Positions 55,980 to 64,000 of a stretch of 64,000 nt of DNA are shown piece after piece. The DNA is taken from the NCBI GenBank assembly GCA_964626665.1, contig CAZVGK010000002.1:64001-128000 (forward strand). The letters run 5' to 3'. This DNA is from an uncultured Gemmatimonadota bacterium. GTDB taxonomy: Bacteria > SM23-81 > DAOVCL01. Position 1 is the first letter of the stretch, and each line of letters begins with the position of its first letter. The notes beneath the pieces were generated by a model, which saw only the letters and a program-made list of their open reading frames with translations, did not search any database and was not told where the DNA came from. A program made the translations under genes and the position numbers.

Positions 55980-57674
55980 TTACAGATTTCCTGCCGTTTC
56001 CCCTAAGACCTCTTCCACTGTGGTTATCCCTTGTTTTAGTTTCTGTAAGCCAGCTTCCCTGAGGCTGAGCATCCCCTCCTCATTGGCGGCAACCTCCAGT
56101 TCCTGAGATGATTTCCCCTCTAAGATCAATTTCTCCAGCCTTCCAGTTATGGGCATCACCTCATAAGCTGCCGTGCGGCCAGAGAAGCCCGTGTTGTTAC
56201 AGGTAGGGCATCCTTTCCCCCGATAGAACTCCATCCCCTTGAGCTCCTGAGGGGGGAGGTCTAGTCTCCCTAAGATCTCCGCGGGGATCTCTACCTTCTC
56301 CTTACAATGCACACATATCTGGCGAAATAACCGCTGGGCGATGATCATCCTCACCGAAGAGGCTACCAAAAAGGAGGGAATTCCCATATCTACCAGCCTG
56401 TTTATAGTGCTGGGGGCATCGTTGGTGTGCAGGGTGCTGAAGACCAAGTGCCCGGTGAGGGCAGCTCGAATGGCGATTTGGGCCGTCTCCAGATCCCTTA
56501 TCTCTCCAACCATAATTATATCCGGATCCTGCCTTAAGAATGAACGGAGGCTGGCGGCAAATGTCAGACCTATCTCCTGGTGCATCTGGATCTGGTTTAT
56601 CCCTCCAATGTTATACTCCACCGGGTCCTCTGCGGTCATTATGTTTACATCTGGTTTGTTTAATTGGCTTAAGGCCGAATAGAGGGTGGTTGTCTTCCCG
56701 CTTCCGGTAGGCCCGGTAACCAGGATCATCCCATAGGGTTGATGGATGGCGTAATCGAACTGCTTGAGGGAGCCTTCAGGAAAGCCCAATTTGGTAAGAT
56801 CAAGCATTAAGCTCTTGGGATCCAAGATTCTCATCACCACCTTTTCCCCAAATATGGTGGGAATGGTGGAGACCCGTAAGTCGATCTTCCTTCCGGCAAC
56901 CTTTACCTTTATCCTGCCATCCTGAGGCCTTCTCCTCTCCGATATATCTAAATTGGCCATTATCTTTATCCGGGAGACGACGGCTGCCCGCAGCTTGTAG
57001 GGAAGGGGAGCCATCTCCTGCAGGATCCCATCTATCCTATATCTGACCCGTAACTTTTTCTCGTAGGTTTCTATGTGGATGTCACTGGCCTTTCTTCTGA
57101 TGGCATCTGTAATCAAGCCATCAACCAACCTAACCAGGGGTTTGTCCTCGATGGCCGACTTCAGCTCCTGCTCGTCTAAACTCTCTTCCTCAACGATCTC
57201 CAGGTTACCCACATCCAGATCCTTCATCAACCTGGAGAGGGATTCTGATTCGTCGTAATATTGATCTAAGGCACCCTTTATGTCATTTTCATTGCTGATC
57301 ACCAGTTGCACATTAAACCCGGTAATGAACTTGATCATATCCATTACGAATATGTTCTCTGGGTCGGAGATGGCCACAATCAGGGTTTTGCTTAGCTTGC
57401 TCACGGCGATGACATTGAATTTGCGGGCGATGTCCACGGGGATGAGTTTGACCACCTGGGGGTTAAGTTCAATCTCTGTAAGGTTCAGTGTTCCGATATT
57501 TAGCTGGCGGCCCAAGAATTCTGTGATCACATTTTCATCCTTGACCACCCCCATCTCCACCAGGATCTGGCCTATCTTCCCCCCTTTCTCCTTCTGGATG
57601 GAAAGGGCCTTCTCCAATTGCTCTTGGGTTATCTTGCCAGCCTTTACCAGCAGGCTGCCTAATTTACTGGCCAC
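55980..57674 (-). CDS. pilB: Type IV pilus assembly ATPase with MshEN-like N-terminus
   Basis: KLGSLLV..ITQEQLEKAL..KIGQILV, ASDIHIE, GPTGSGKTT, CxxC zinc motifs. Confidence 0.95.
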   Translation of the reverse strand: MASKLGSLLVKAGKITQEQLEKALSIQKEKGGKIGQILVEMGVVKDENVITEFLGRQLNIGTLNLTEIELNPQVVKLIPVDIARKFNVIAVSKLSKTLIVAISDPENIFVMDMIKFITGFNVQLVISNENDIKGALDQYYDESESLSRLMKDLDVGNLEIVEEESLDEQELKSAIEDKPLVRLVDGLITDAIRRKASDIHIETYEKKLRVRYRIDGILQEMAPLPYKLRAAVVSRIKIMANLDISERRRPQDGRIKVKVAGRKIDLRVSTIPTIFGEKVVMRILDPKSLMLDLTKLGFPEGSLKQFDYAIHQPYGMILVTGPTGSGKTTTLYSALSQLNKPDVNIMTAEDPVEYNIGGINQIQMHQEIGLTFAASLRSFLRQDPDIIMVGEIRDLETAQIAIRAALTGHLVFSTLHTNDAPSTINRLVDMGIPSFLVASSVRMIIAQRLFRQICVHCKEKVEIPAEILGRLDLPPQELKGMEFYRGKGCPTCNNTGFSGRTAAYEVMPITGRLEKLILEGKSSQELEVAANEEGMLSLREAGLQKLKQGITTVEEVLGETAGNL

Positions 57675-57683
57675 ACTTCCTCC

Positions 57684-58160
57684 TTAATCCCCGAATATCT
57701 GGTCCAATCTCTCGTTGGCCTGATCGGTGAACCCTGTCCCGATCCCTTCCACCTCCTCGGGCTTGCTCTTAAGAACCTCCTCCAACTCCGCCTCGGCCTC
57801 CCGTACATAGAGCCGGACCATCCCGATGGTCGTGCGGTCATCGAAGACCACCCCCAGAATGCTTCTCTCCCCCACCAGGGAGACTAGGATGTTGTCCCTC
57901 TTGCCCTCATGGAAGAGAACACTGAATTCTGACTCCCCCAAGAGCTTGGCCATCTCTTTGGTGGAAGCAAAGCTCCCTGCCAGGAGGGCGGCCAGGCTGG
58001 TAGTGTCTAAGGAATGGGTAAAGCCCTGTTTGGCAATGAGGTGACCGTCCTTGTCCACCAAGAGCGAGCATTTGGCCTCACTCTCCCGGAGGAGTTTCTT
58101 CAAAACCTCCTCTATCCTTTCGAATTGTCCTTTATGGATAATAGAAAATCCTTCATTCAC
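57684..58160 (-). CDS. mglB: MglB roadblock/LC7 GTPase-activating protein
   Basis: LLVDKDGHLI, DTTSLAALLAG, EFSVLFHEG, VFDDRTTIGMVRL, acidic C-terminal helix. Confidence 0.9.
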   Translation of the reverse strand: MNEGFSIIHKGQFERIEEVLKKLLRESEAKCSLLVDKDGHLIAKQGFTHSLDTTSLAALLAGSFASTKEMAKLLGESEFSVLFHEGKRDNILVSLVGERSILGVVFDDRTTIGMVRLYVREAEAELEEVLKSKPEEVEGIGTGFTDQANERLDQIFGD

Positions 58161-58180
58161 TTTCTGCCTCCTCTTTTGAA

Positions 58181-58355
58181 CTTAGCTCCCTTCGGTCGCT
58201 AACTTCCCATAGGGTCTCCCGACCCTCTGGCGCTCCGCAATCCTACGCTTGCTCGGATTGCTCCGCTGTCCAGATTGAATCCCGCACTTATGCATAAGCG
58301 CGGGACTTCAAACAACCCCCAAAGTTTCGGAATTTCTTAGAATTTCCGAAACTTA
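58181..58355. repeat. Palindrome mosaic between mglA and mglB
   Basis: CTTAGCTC.CTTCG (also at 63970), TCCCGC..GCGGGA, and AAGTTTCGGAA..TTCCGAAACTT overlapping the mglA stop. Confidence 0.6.
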
Positions 58356-59158
58356 AAGATCCGCCAGAGGAAAAAGCCCTTCTTTTTTGGTTTCTCCTTA
58401 GGTTTGGGTGGCTGCGCAACCCAGGGAGGGGTGAACCGCAGTGGGCTTATTCTGTGGGGATGGTAATCCTCCCGAGGGATTTTGGGGATCGCCGGGGAAG
58501 GGGTGGGCTCCATTGCTCTGCTTTGCACTGGCTTTGGCTGAGGAGGAACCGTTGGCTCCGGTGGAGGCATCGCATCCCGGGTGGTGGTCTTTTCCAGCAC
58601 TATCTTGGATATGGACTTTAAGGTATCAAAAACCCCTATCCCCTTGTTGGCCGCCGCCTCAAAAGAGGGAACCCCCCTATAATTGAGGAGTTTGTTGAGT
58701 TCCGCGACGGATGCCCGGTCGGGCAGATCCCTCTTGTTGTATTGGAAGACCAGGGGAATGTCATCCAACCTATATCCATATTCCTGCAAATTCTCCCCTA
58801 AGTTTTGCAGACTCTCCATATTTTCCTTCATCTTGCCCCTCTGAGAGTCTGCCACAAAGACTATGCCATCTACTCCCCGCAATACAAGCCTCCGGGTGGC
58901 GTTGTAATAGACCTGCCCCGGTACCGTATAGAGCTGAAACTTGGTGGCAAACCCCTGGATTGACCCTAAATCCAGGGGGAGAAAGTCGAAGTAGAGGGTT
59001 CTGTCCTTCTCCGTGGCCAAGGAGATCAACTCACCCCTTCTCTCTCTGGGTATCTTCTGATGGACCCATTGCAGATTGGTCGTCTTACCGGAAAGTCCAG
59101 GGCCATAATAGACTACCTTGCAAGATATTTCCCTAAAGGCATAATTTATGGAGACCAA
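58337..59158 (-). CDS. mglA: MglA small GTPase with Pro-rich C-terminal extension
   Basis: KVVYYGPGLSGKTTN, DRTLYFD, TVPGQ, NKRD. Confidence 0.93.
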   Translation of the reverse strand: MVSINYAFREISCKVVYYGPGLSGKTTNLQWVHQKIPRERRGELISLATEKDRTLYFDFLPLDLGSIQGFATKFQLYTVPGQVYYNATRRLVLRGVDGIVFVADSQRGKMKENMESLQNLGENLQEYGYRLDDIPLVFQYNKRDLPDRASVAELNKLLNYRGVPSFEAAANKGIGVFDTLKSISKIVLEKTTTRDAMPPPEPTVPPQPKPVQSRAMEPTPSPAIPKIPREDYHPHRISPLRFTPPWVAQPPKPKEKPKKKGFFLWRIFKFRKF

Positions 59159-59511
59159 TTCTCCTCCTCCTGAAACCTTGCATGCAACCGCTGTAGGGTA
59201 TTCTTTAACTCCAGCCAGACAAGCCCCAGATTGGCTTCTGGCTCGGTGAGGGCTATCAACAGCCCCAACTCCGCCCCCACAAAGAGCACCTTACCTAACT
59301 CCCCGGAGATCATCCCCTTGATGACGGGTCCAGGATCTAAGTTGGAAAGCGATCTTTCTGAGGTTTGCAGGAGAGCAATCGTTTCAGCGGCCACAACCTC
59401 CTGATTTATCCCTTCCTCCACCTCAGAGGCGATGATCATCCCATCTCTCCCCACCACCATACTTCCCCTCACCCCACTCGTTTTATTTAACTGTGTGAGC
59501 ACCTCTTCCAC
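59146..59511 (-). CDS. Roadblock/LC7 domain protein
   Basis: GVRGSMVVGRDGMII..ANLGLV pattern. Confidence 0.85.
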   Translation of the reverse strand: MEEVLTQLNKTSGVRGSMVVGRDGMIIASEVEEGINQEVVAAETIALLQTSERSLSNLDPGPVIKGMISGELGKVLFVGAELGLLIALTEPEANLGLVWLELKNTLQRLHARFQEEENWSP

Positions 59512-59513
59512 CC

Positions 59514-60284
59514 TTAGCCTCCTCTGATGGTCTCGAGAGCTTTTCCCACTTTAAGCTTAATGGATGCGGGGGAGATCTCCTTCTCTGTGAAAAGGATAAG
59601 ATAGCCAAACGAGGAGTCGAAGAGCCAGATCCTATGGGCTGTGGTGACGAGCTCTATCTCTTGGGTAGCCCCGAACTCCATCCTCTTCATTCCATTCTGG
59701 GCTAAATTGTAGATGGCTGCCCCAGCCACAGCCAGTTCTTCGGGTTTCCCTTCCGTCAAGTTTCCTCCGAAGAGGAGGCCCTCCTTATCCACAAGGGTCA
59801 CACCGGCAACTCCAGGATCCTTATAGAGTCCGTCTATCACCTCGGTCAGCAACTTCCCCCCCCTTCTCTCCCTTCTGGCCCTCTCCTCTGCCACTCTGAG
59901 CAGCCCGGTTATCTGTTGGTTGCCGGGTTGGGAAAGGGAGAGTTCCTTGAGCATCTCCTTTGCCTCGTTTATCCTTCCCCTTTTCAGAAGCAGGCTAGCC
60001 AAGAGCGGGCCCACGGTGTCCTGGGGGAGGCCATGATCGCTAACCCAGTCGACCTCGTATGCGGCCTCATCAAAAAGGTTCATATCCAGGGAGATCTTGG
60101 CCATAACCAAGTGGGCCAACCCATAGTGAGGGTGAACATTTAGTCCCGCCTCGCAGACCTTGTGGGCCTTGTCCAACATCCCCTTCTTCCGGTAGGCATC
60201 GGCCAAGGAGGCAAAAATTGTGGAGTTGGGGTTCTGGGCCAGTATCCTCTGGCAGGTTGCTATCCTTTGGCTAAGTTGGTCCAA
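59514..60284 (-). CDS. TPR plus roadblock/LC7 domain protein
   Basis: NPNSTIFASLADAYRK TPR-like N-terminus; GVAGVTLVDKEGLL roadblock C-terminus. Confidence 0.8.
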   Translation of the reverse strand: MDQLSQRIATCQRILAQNPNSTIFASLADAYRKKGMLDKAHKVCEAGLNVHPHYGLAHLVMAKISLDMNLFDEAAYEVDWVSDHGLPQDTVGPLLASLLLKRGRINEAKEMLKELSLSQPGNQQITGLLRVAEERARRERRGGKLLTEVIDGLYKDPGVAGVTLVDKEGLLFGGNLTEGKPEELAVAGAAIYNLAQNGMKRMEFGATQEIELVTTAHRIWLFDSSFGYLILFTEKEISPASIKLKVGKALETIRGG

Positions 60285-61002
60285 TCCCCTCTCCTTTCCC
60301 CAACCTCTCCAGGGCCCTCTGTAGGCTTATCCTGAGCCTATCAGTTGCCTGAGCTAACTTTCCTATCTCATCCCCGGAATTGGTGGGTATCCTTTCCTCC
60401 ATATATCCCAGGCTTACCCTCTCGGTGATGAGCGCCAACTGGAGGAGCCTTTTGGACAACCTGTGAGAAAAGAGGAGGACCAAGACCCAAGAGAGCAGGA
60501 GGGATCCGCCAAGGAATACCCCAGCAGTTACCCAGTAACCCCTTGGATTTTGGGCTAGTGAGGAGAAACCTAAATAGATGGTTCCCAGTGTCCCCTCTAA
60601 GATAGGGATGGTTAACTCATATCCTGGACCCTGAGCAGATTTAACTGCCTTAACCACCTCAGCATCCTGTTCCCCCCCCTGGATGATGGACTTTATCCTC
60701 CTCTGATCCTTGAGGGTGTTGGCCCTGATCTTTCCCTTCTGGTCGGTTATCAGGATGTAGGAGACCCCCTTTATGCCGGCAAACCTCTCTACCAGGTCCC
60801 GCAGCTCTATATCTGACCCTCTTACCAGAAATCCCTCGCTCTGTAAGGCCAAATCCCTTCCCAATATCCTTCCCTCTTCAATTGAGTCATTCAATAAAAT
60901 CCTCTCGTGGGTGAGTCTGAGTCCGGTTAGGCCGGAGAGTGCAATAAAGGTGGTCAAACTCAAACCGATAAGGATAAATTTTCCCTGTACTCCCAATTTC
61001 AT
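60271..61002 (-). CDS. Membrane sensor-like protein with HAMP domain and no output domain
   Basis: Two TM helices around a periplasmic domain; GDEIGKLA HAMP motif near the C-terminus. Confidence 0.8.
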   Translation of the reverse strand: MKLGVQGKFILIGLSLTTFIALSGLTGLRLTHERILLNDSIEEGRILGRDLALQSEGFLVRGSDIELRDLVERFAGIKGVSYILITDQKGKIRANTLKDQRRIKSIIQGGEQDAEVVKAVKSAQGPGYELTIPILEGTLGTIYLGFSSLAQNPRGYWVTAGVFLGGSLLLSWVLVLLFSHRLSKRLLQLALITERVSLGYMEERIPTNSGDEIGKLAQATDRLRISLQRALERLGKGEGIGPT

Positions 61003-62126
61003 ATCTCCCCCTTAGAGAATTCTATGGGGACGGTGGTCCAGAACCTTACCCTTTTCCCCTGGTAGGTGCCAGGAGAAAACCTCCATCTCTTAACAAGCCC
61101 CAAGGCCAGGTTCTGACAGTCTCCATCAAGGTCAGATCTCTTTACTTTTGTTCCCGTGACTTTCCCCTCCTCATCAACCCAGGCTTCAACTAAAACCTCT
61201 CCGAGGCATTTCCCATTGGTGGGAAGGGGAGGTCGCCCAATGATCCGGGGTAAGCTGTCCAACATCCCCACCGCGACAAGGTTGGGTTCTCCTTGGTTTG
61301 ACCCTTCCCCTCTGTCGGCAAGAGGGGGGGAAAGGGAGGCGAAGATGACCTCCCCCAAGTTACTATCCTCCTCATCGTCATATATCCTTTTATCGATCTC
61401 TGATGGCTGGCCCTCCTTCCAGAGATTCCCTTGGGCCTGAATCTGTAGGGGGGAGAGATTGTAGATATCATATAGGGTGTTGCTGTGGATCTGATTGCCT
61501 CCCCCTTCCTCCGGGGAACCCAAGGAAGGGCAGGAGTAGTCCAGTATCACAACTCCATAGCGGTTTGCCCTAATCTGGCAACCGCGCACAATGGGACGAG
61601 AGAGGTACTTGCAGAGGATGCCCTCCTCTCCATTCCCCCATAGCTGGCAGTTCTCCACCAGGGGGGAGGAACGGTTGACACAGGCTATCCCCCCCCTCAG
61701 GTTCTGACAGATGATATTCCCTATGAGTTTAGGCGAGGAGGCCAGACAGAATACCCCATAGCGGCCATATTCAATGAGGCAGTTCTGCAGAATGGAAGTG
61801 GAATCTGATGATCTGAATTCTATCCCCCACCAATCTCCTGGCTGGGGTTGGGGGGAGGACGAGGTGAAGATAATCTTCCCCTTATCCTCTCCCTTGGCCA
61901 CCAATTTCCCCATTACCAATATCTTCAATGGCTCTTTCCGGGGGACAAATTTGACTACCGTCTTAGGGGCTAGGGTGAGGGTTACCCCTGAGGGTATAAT
62001 CAGATCAGAGCCTACTACCACTTCGCCTTTCCAGGCAGTATCCCCCTGGAGCATCATCGATTTCCCTCTCCCTGTTGCCCCAAAAGCTATTAGAAGAAAA
62101 GAGATAGCCAGTGTTCTTCTCATCAT
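60999..62126 (-). CDS. Secreted right-handed beta-helix protein with C-terminal TonB_C domain
   Basis: Probable start MMRRTLAISF at 62126; PGDWWGIEF and SSPxIxN beta-helix repeats; VDEEGKV..RWRFSPG. Confidence 0.75.
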   Translation of the reverse strand: MMRRTLAISFLLIAFGATGRGKSMMLQGDTAWKGEVVVGSDLIIPSGVTLTLAPKTVVKFVPRKEPLKILVMGKLVAKGEDKGKIIFTSSSPQPQPGDWWGIEFRSSDSTSILQNCLIEYGRYGVFCLASSPKLIGNIICQNLRGGIACVNRSSPLVENCQLWGNGEEGILCKYLSRPIVRGCQIRANRYGVVILDYSCPSLGSPEEGGGNQIHSNTLYDIYNLSPLQIQAQGNLWKEGQPSEIDKRIYDDEEDSNLGEVIFASLSPPLADRGEGSNQGEPNLVAVGMLDSLPRIIGRPPLPTNGKCLGEVLVEAWVDEEGKVTGTKVKRSDLDGDCQNLALGLVKRWRFSPGTYQGKRVRFWTTVPIEFSKGEI

Positions 62127-62710
62127 ACTCCCTTGAGGGTTCCCTTTTTGAACTCCTCCCTCTTTTCCGGGGTGGGTATCTCCTCCAACAACCCCTCTAT
62201 GATTTCCCCTTTCTGGGTGGCATTTAGGGGGACTGAAAAACCCTTCTTCCTTTCCTCTAAGATGTAGTCGGCAATGGGCCCAATCGCCCTTTTTAACCCT
62301 TCCTCTATGGATGCCCACCATACCTCATCTCTCTCGGTGGCCTGCTTAGGGGGGGCAACTCCTTTCCGTAGCCTGTTTTTTAAGTCGGAGATCTGTAAGC
62401 CGGTGGAGAGGCGAAGGAGAACGGGGTTTATCTTTGGGCTATAAAATAGGCAGAGGATTCCCCCCTCTAAGTTCTTGATTAGGGCCTTCTCCTTTTGAAA
62501 GCTAATTTCCATCTCCTCTACCTCCTCACCAATCCCCTCGAGGCCAAAGATGGACCTGGCCAGGATGGAGGAGGCCTTAGCTACCTCCTCCTCTCCCCTG
62601 TGCTCTTTGAGGGAGGAGGCTAAGAGCCTACCCTCCCTATCACTGAGGAATATCTCAGTTATCCCTGGGATAGCCCCTATCCTCTTTACTATCTCCTCCA
62701 TTTCACTCAT
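62123..62710 (-). CDS. Roadblock-like domain protein with helical C-terminal domain
   Basis: IPGITEIFLSDREGRLL pattern; C-terminal AIGPIA helical domain. Confidence 0.7.
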   Translation of the reverse strand: MSEMEEIVKRIGAIPGITEIFLSDREGRLLASSLKEHRGEEEVAKASSILARSIFGLEGIGEEVEEMEISFQKEKALIKNLEGGILCLFYSPKINPVLLRLSTGLQISDLKNRLRKGVAPPKQATERDEVWWASIEEGLKRAIGPIADYILEERKKGFSVPLNATQKGEIIEGLLEEIPTPEKREEFKKGTLKGV

Positions 62711-63953
62711 CCTTTAAGATATTCTTCACCTCAGTCTCTAGCTTCTCCTTTTGGGTTCCCTCCTCGAGGAGAAGGCCCAAATAAAGGCACCTTCCTTCCA
62801 TAATGAGGACTTGGCCATCTTGCACTTGAACCCAACCGGATCTCAGGCCGTTTAGGCCCAATAGATCCGAGACCTGGGATATCGCCCCACCCAAATAGAG
62901 GGATGTTGCTCCCCAGAGGTCTGTGAGGCGGGAGGAGTCGGGCCCCTCTATGCTGGAGCCTAAGACAACTCCATCCTTGGCGACAATGACCGCTCCCCTT
63001 ATCCCCTTTAGCCCTTTGAGTTCATAGGAGAGATCAGCATATCTTGTCTTCCCTTTTCTCTGGGATGTCTCCTGGGAGGAGGGCTCTGAGGGAGGAGTCT
63101 CCTCCAGGGTGGGCCCCGGGGTAGGGGAGGGTGGAGGGGGAGGCTCTGAGGGTGATGTCCCCTTCATTCTGTGGTTTACCCCCGCTATTTTGGACTCCTC
63201 CAAGTGAGGGACCTCTGTGGGGTTGCCATCCTCATACCTGATGGCCTCTCCCTTCATATTCTCATCTAAGACCTGGCTTCCTCTTAAGAGAAGACTTTGC
63301 CAGTCAGAGTCAATCGTCTTTGGAGGGGTGGTGAATTGATCCCTGGTCTCAAATTTCCCGTTTTGCCAGCCTAAGATTTTGAAAAAGGCTTCCTCCCCGG
63401 TCAATTCCCCGCATTGGGAATGGATTATCTCCCCTCCCTGGAAATAGATCTCCCCCTCCTCCCTGGCTTGGGAGACCTTGAGGGCGCAGGTTAACTTCCC
63501 CAGGCAGTTTATCTGGATTATGTCGGTGAGCTGAAGGTTGTTTGGCTTGTCCTTTAAGGCCCCCTTATGAGGGGGCCTCTTCTTCAGGGCCTTATCTATT
63601 AGTTCTTCCATTTCCTCAATCTCAAAGGGTTTCTCTATGTAATAGAGGGACCCGGAGGTTACCGCCTCCTGCTGGACCTGTGAGGAACCATAAGCGGTCA
63701 TCACGATCACATCGACGGATGGATAGATGGATTTCGTCTTGCTTAAGAGCTTGAGGCCGTTCATTCCGGGCATCCTTATATCGGTGATCACTATGTCAAC
63801 TGGGGTCTTCTCCAGTATGCTCAATGCCTCCTCACCGCTGTTTGCGCTGAGGATCTCCAAGTTGCTGCGGGCTTTAGAAAGGCTTTTGGACATACCCCAG
63901 GTGAGTGTCTCCTCATCATCTACGATCAAGACCCTATTTTTAACCTTGCTCAT
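62703..63953 (-). CDS. Response regulator with DUF4388 (PATAN-like) and roadblock domains
   Basis: VDDE..TDIRMP REC domain; LTDIIQ..GEIYFQGGEIIH..GEEAF DUF4388; GIRGAVIVAKDGVV roadblock. Confidence 0.85.
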   Translation of the reverse strand: MSKVKNRVLIVDDEETLTWGMSKSLSKARSNLEILSANSGEEALSILEKTPVDIVITDIRMPGMNGLKLLSKTKSIYPSVDVIVMTAYGSSQVQQEAVTSGSLYYIEKPFEIEEMEELIDKALKKRPPHKGALKDKPNNLQLTDIIQINCLGKLTCALKVSQAREEGEIYFQGGEIIHSQCGELTGEEAFFKILGWQNGKFETRDQFTTPPKTIDSDWQSLLLRGSQVLDENMKGEAIRYEDGNPTEVPHLEESKIAGVNHRMKGTSPSEPPPPPSPTPGPTLEETPPSEPSSQETSQRKGKTRYADLSYELKGLKGIRGAVIVAKDGVVLGSSIEGPDSSRLTDLWGATSLYLGGAISQVSDLLGLNGLRSGWVQVQDGQVLIMEGRCLYLGLLLEEGTQKEKLETEVKNILKDE

Positions 63954-64000
63954 CTATCCCCCTTCTGAACTTAGCTCGCTTCGCTCACAAAGTTTTCCAT

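Noticed and set aside
62127-62321. N-terminal extension of the beta-helix/TonB ORF
   Set aside because: Overlaps the upstream gene on the same strand; a signal peptide starts at 62126
345-63754. Numerous short antisense or alternate-frame ORFs within housekeeping genes
   Set aside because: Shadow ORFs of well-supported genes

Overview
A gene-dense 64 kb chromosomal segment from a diderm bacterium. LPS genes plus a T9SS-type C-terminal sorting domain suggest an FCB-affiliated or candidate lineage (inference). From 1 to about 50 kb, housekeeping genes lie almost entirely on the + strand: holB-PSP1/ricT-metG, lpxL-waaF, a DGGGP-synthase-like prenyltransferase, dtd-maf-rodZ, a secreted papain protease, an Rsb-type partner-switching module, ppiD, exbB-exbD-tonB-lysC-asd, pit, smc-ftsY and two DUF3857/transglutaminase-like genes. 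From 50.3 to 64 kb, a - strand gene run joins an expanded MglA/MglB/roadblock polarity module to pilB-pilT-pilC-pilS-pilR. The most unusual signal is non-coding. (1) A 5.2 kb hotspot (25988-31224) is cut into cassette-like pieces by several families of short GGG(T/A)CA sites. These form terminal inverted repeats around Y1-HUH (RAYT-like) transposase genes and coincide with the truncation points of RHS and nuclease cargo. (2) Inside it, an IS110 remnant has a 3' non-coding end that looks like a bridge RNA programmed against one of these sites. (3) A 0.35-0.65 kb ORF-less composite element built from REP modules inserts at CTGT; removing it restores a RAYT reading frame. (4) Strictly 7-nt-periodic inverted arrays occur between genes. 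No CRISPR array, tRNA or rRNA was recognised. All family calls come from motif recognition by eye, not database searches.
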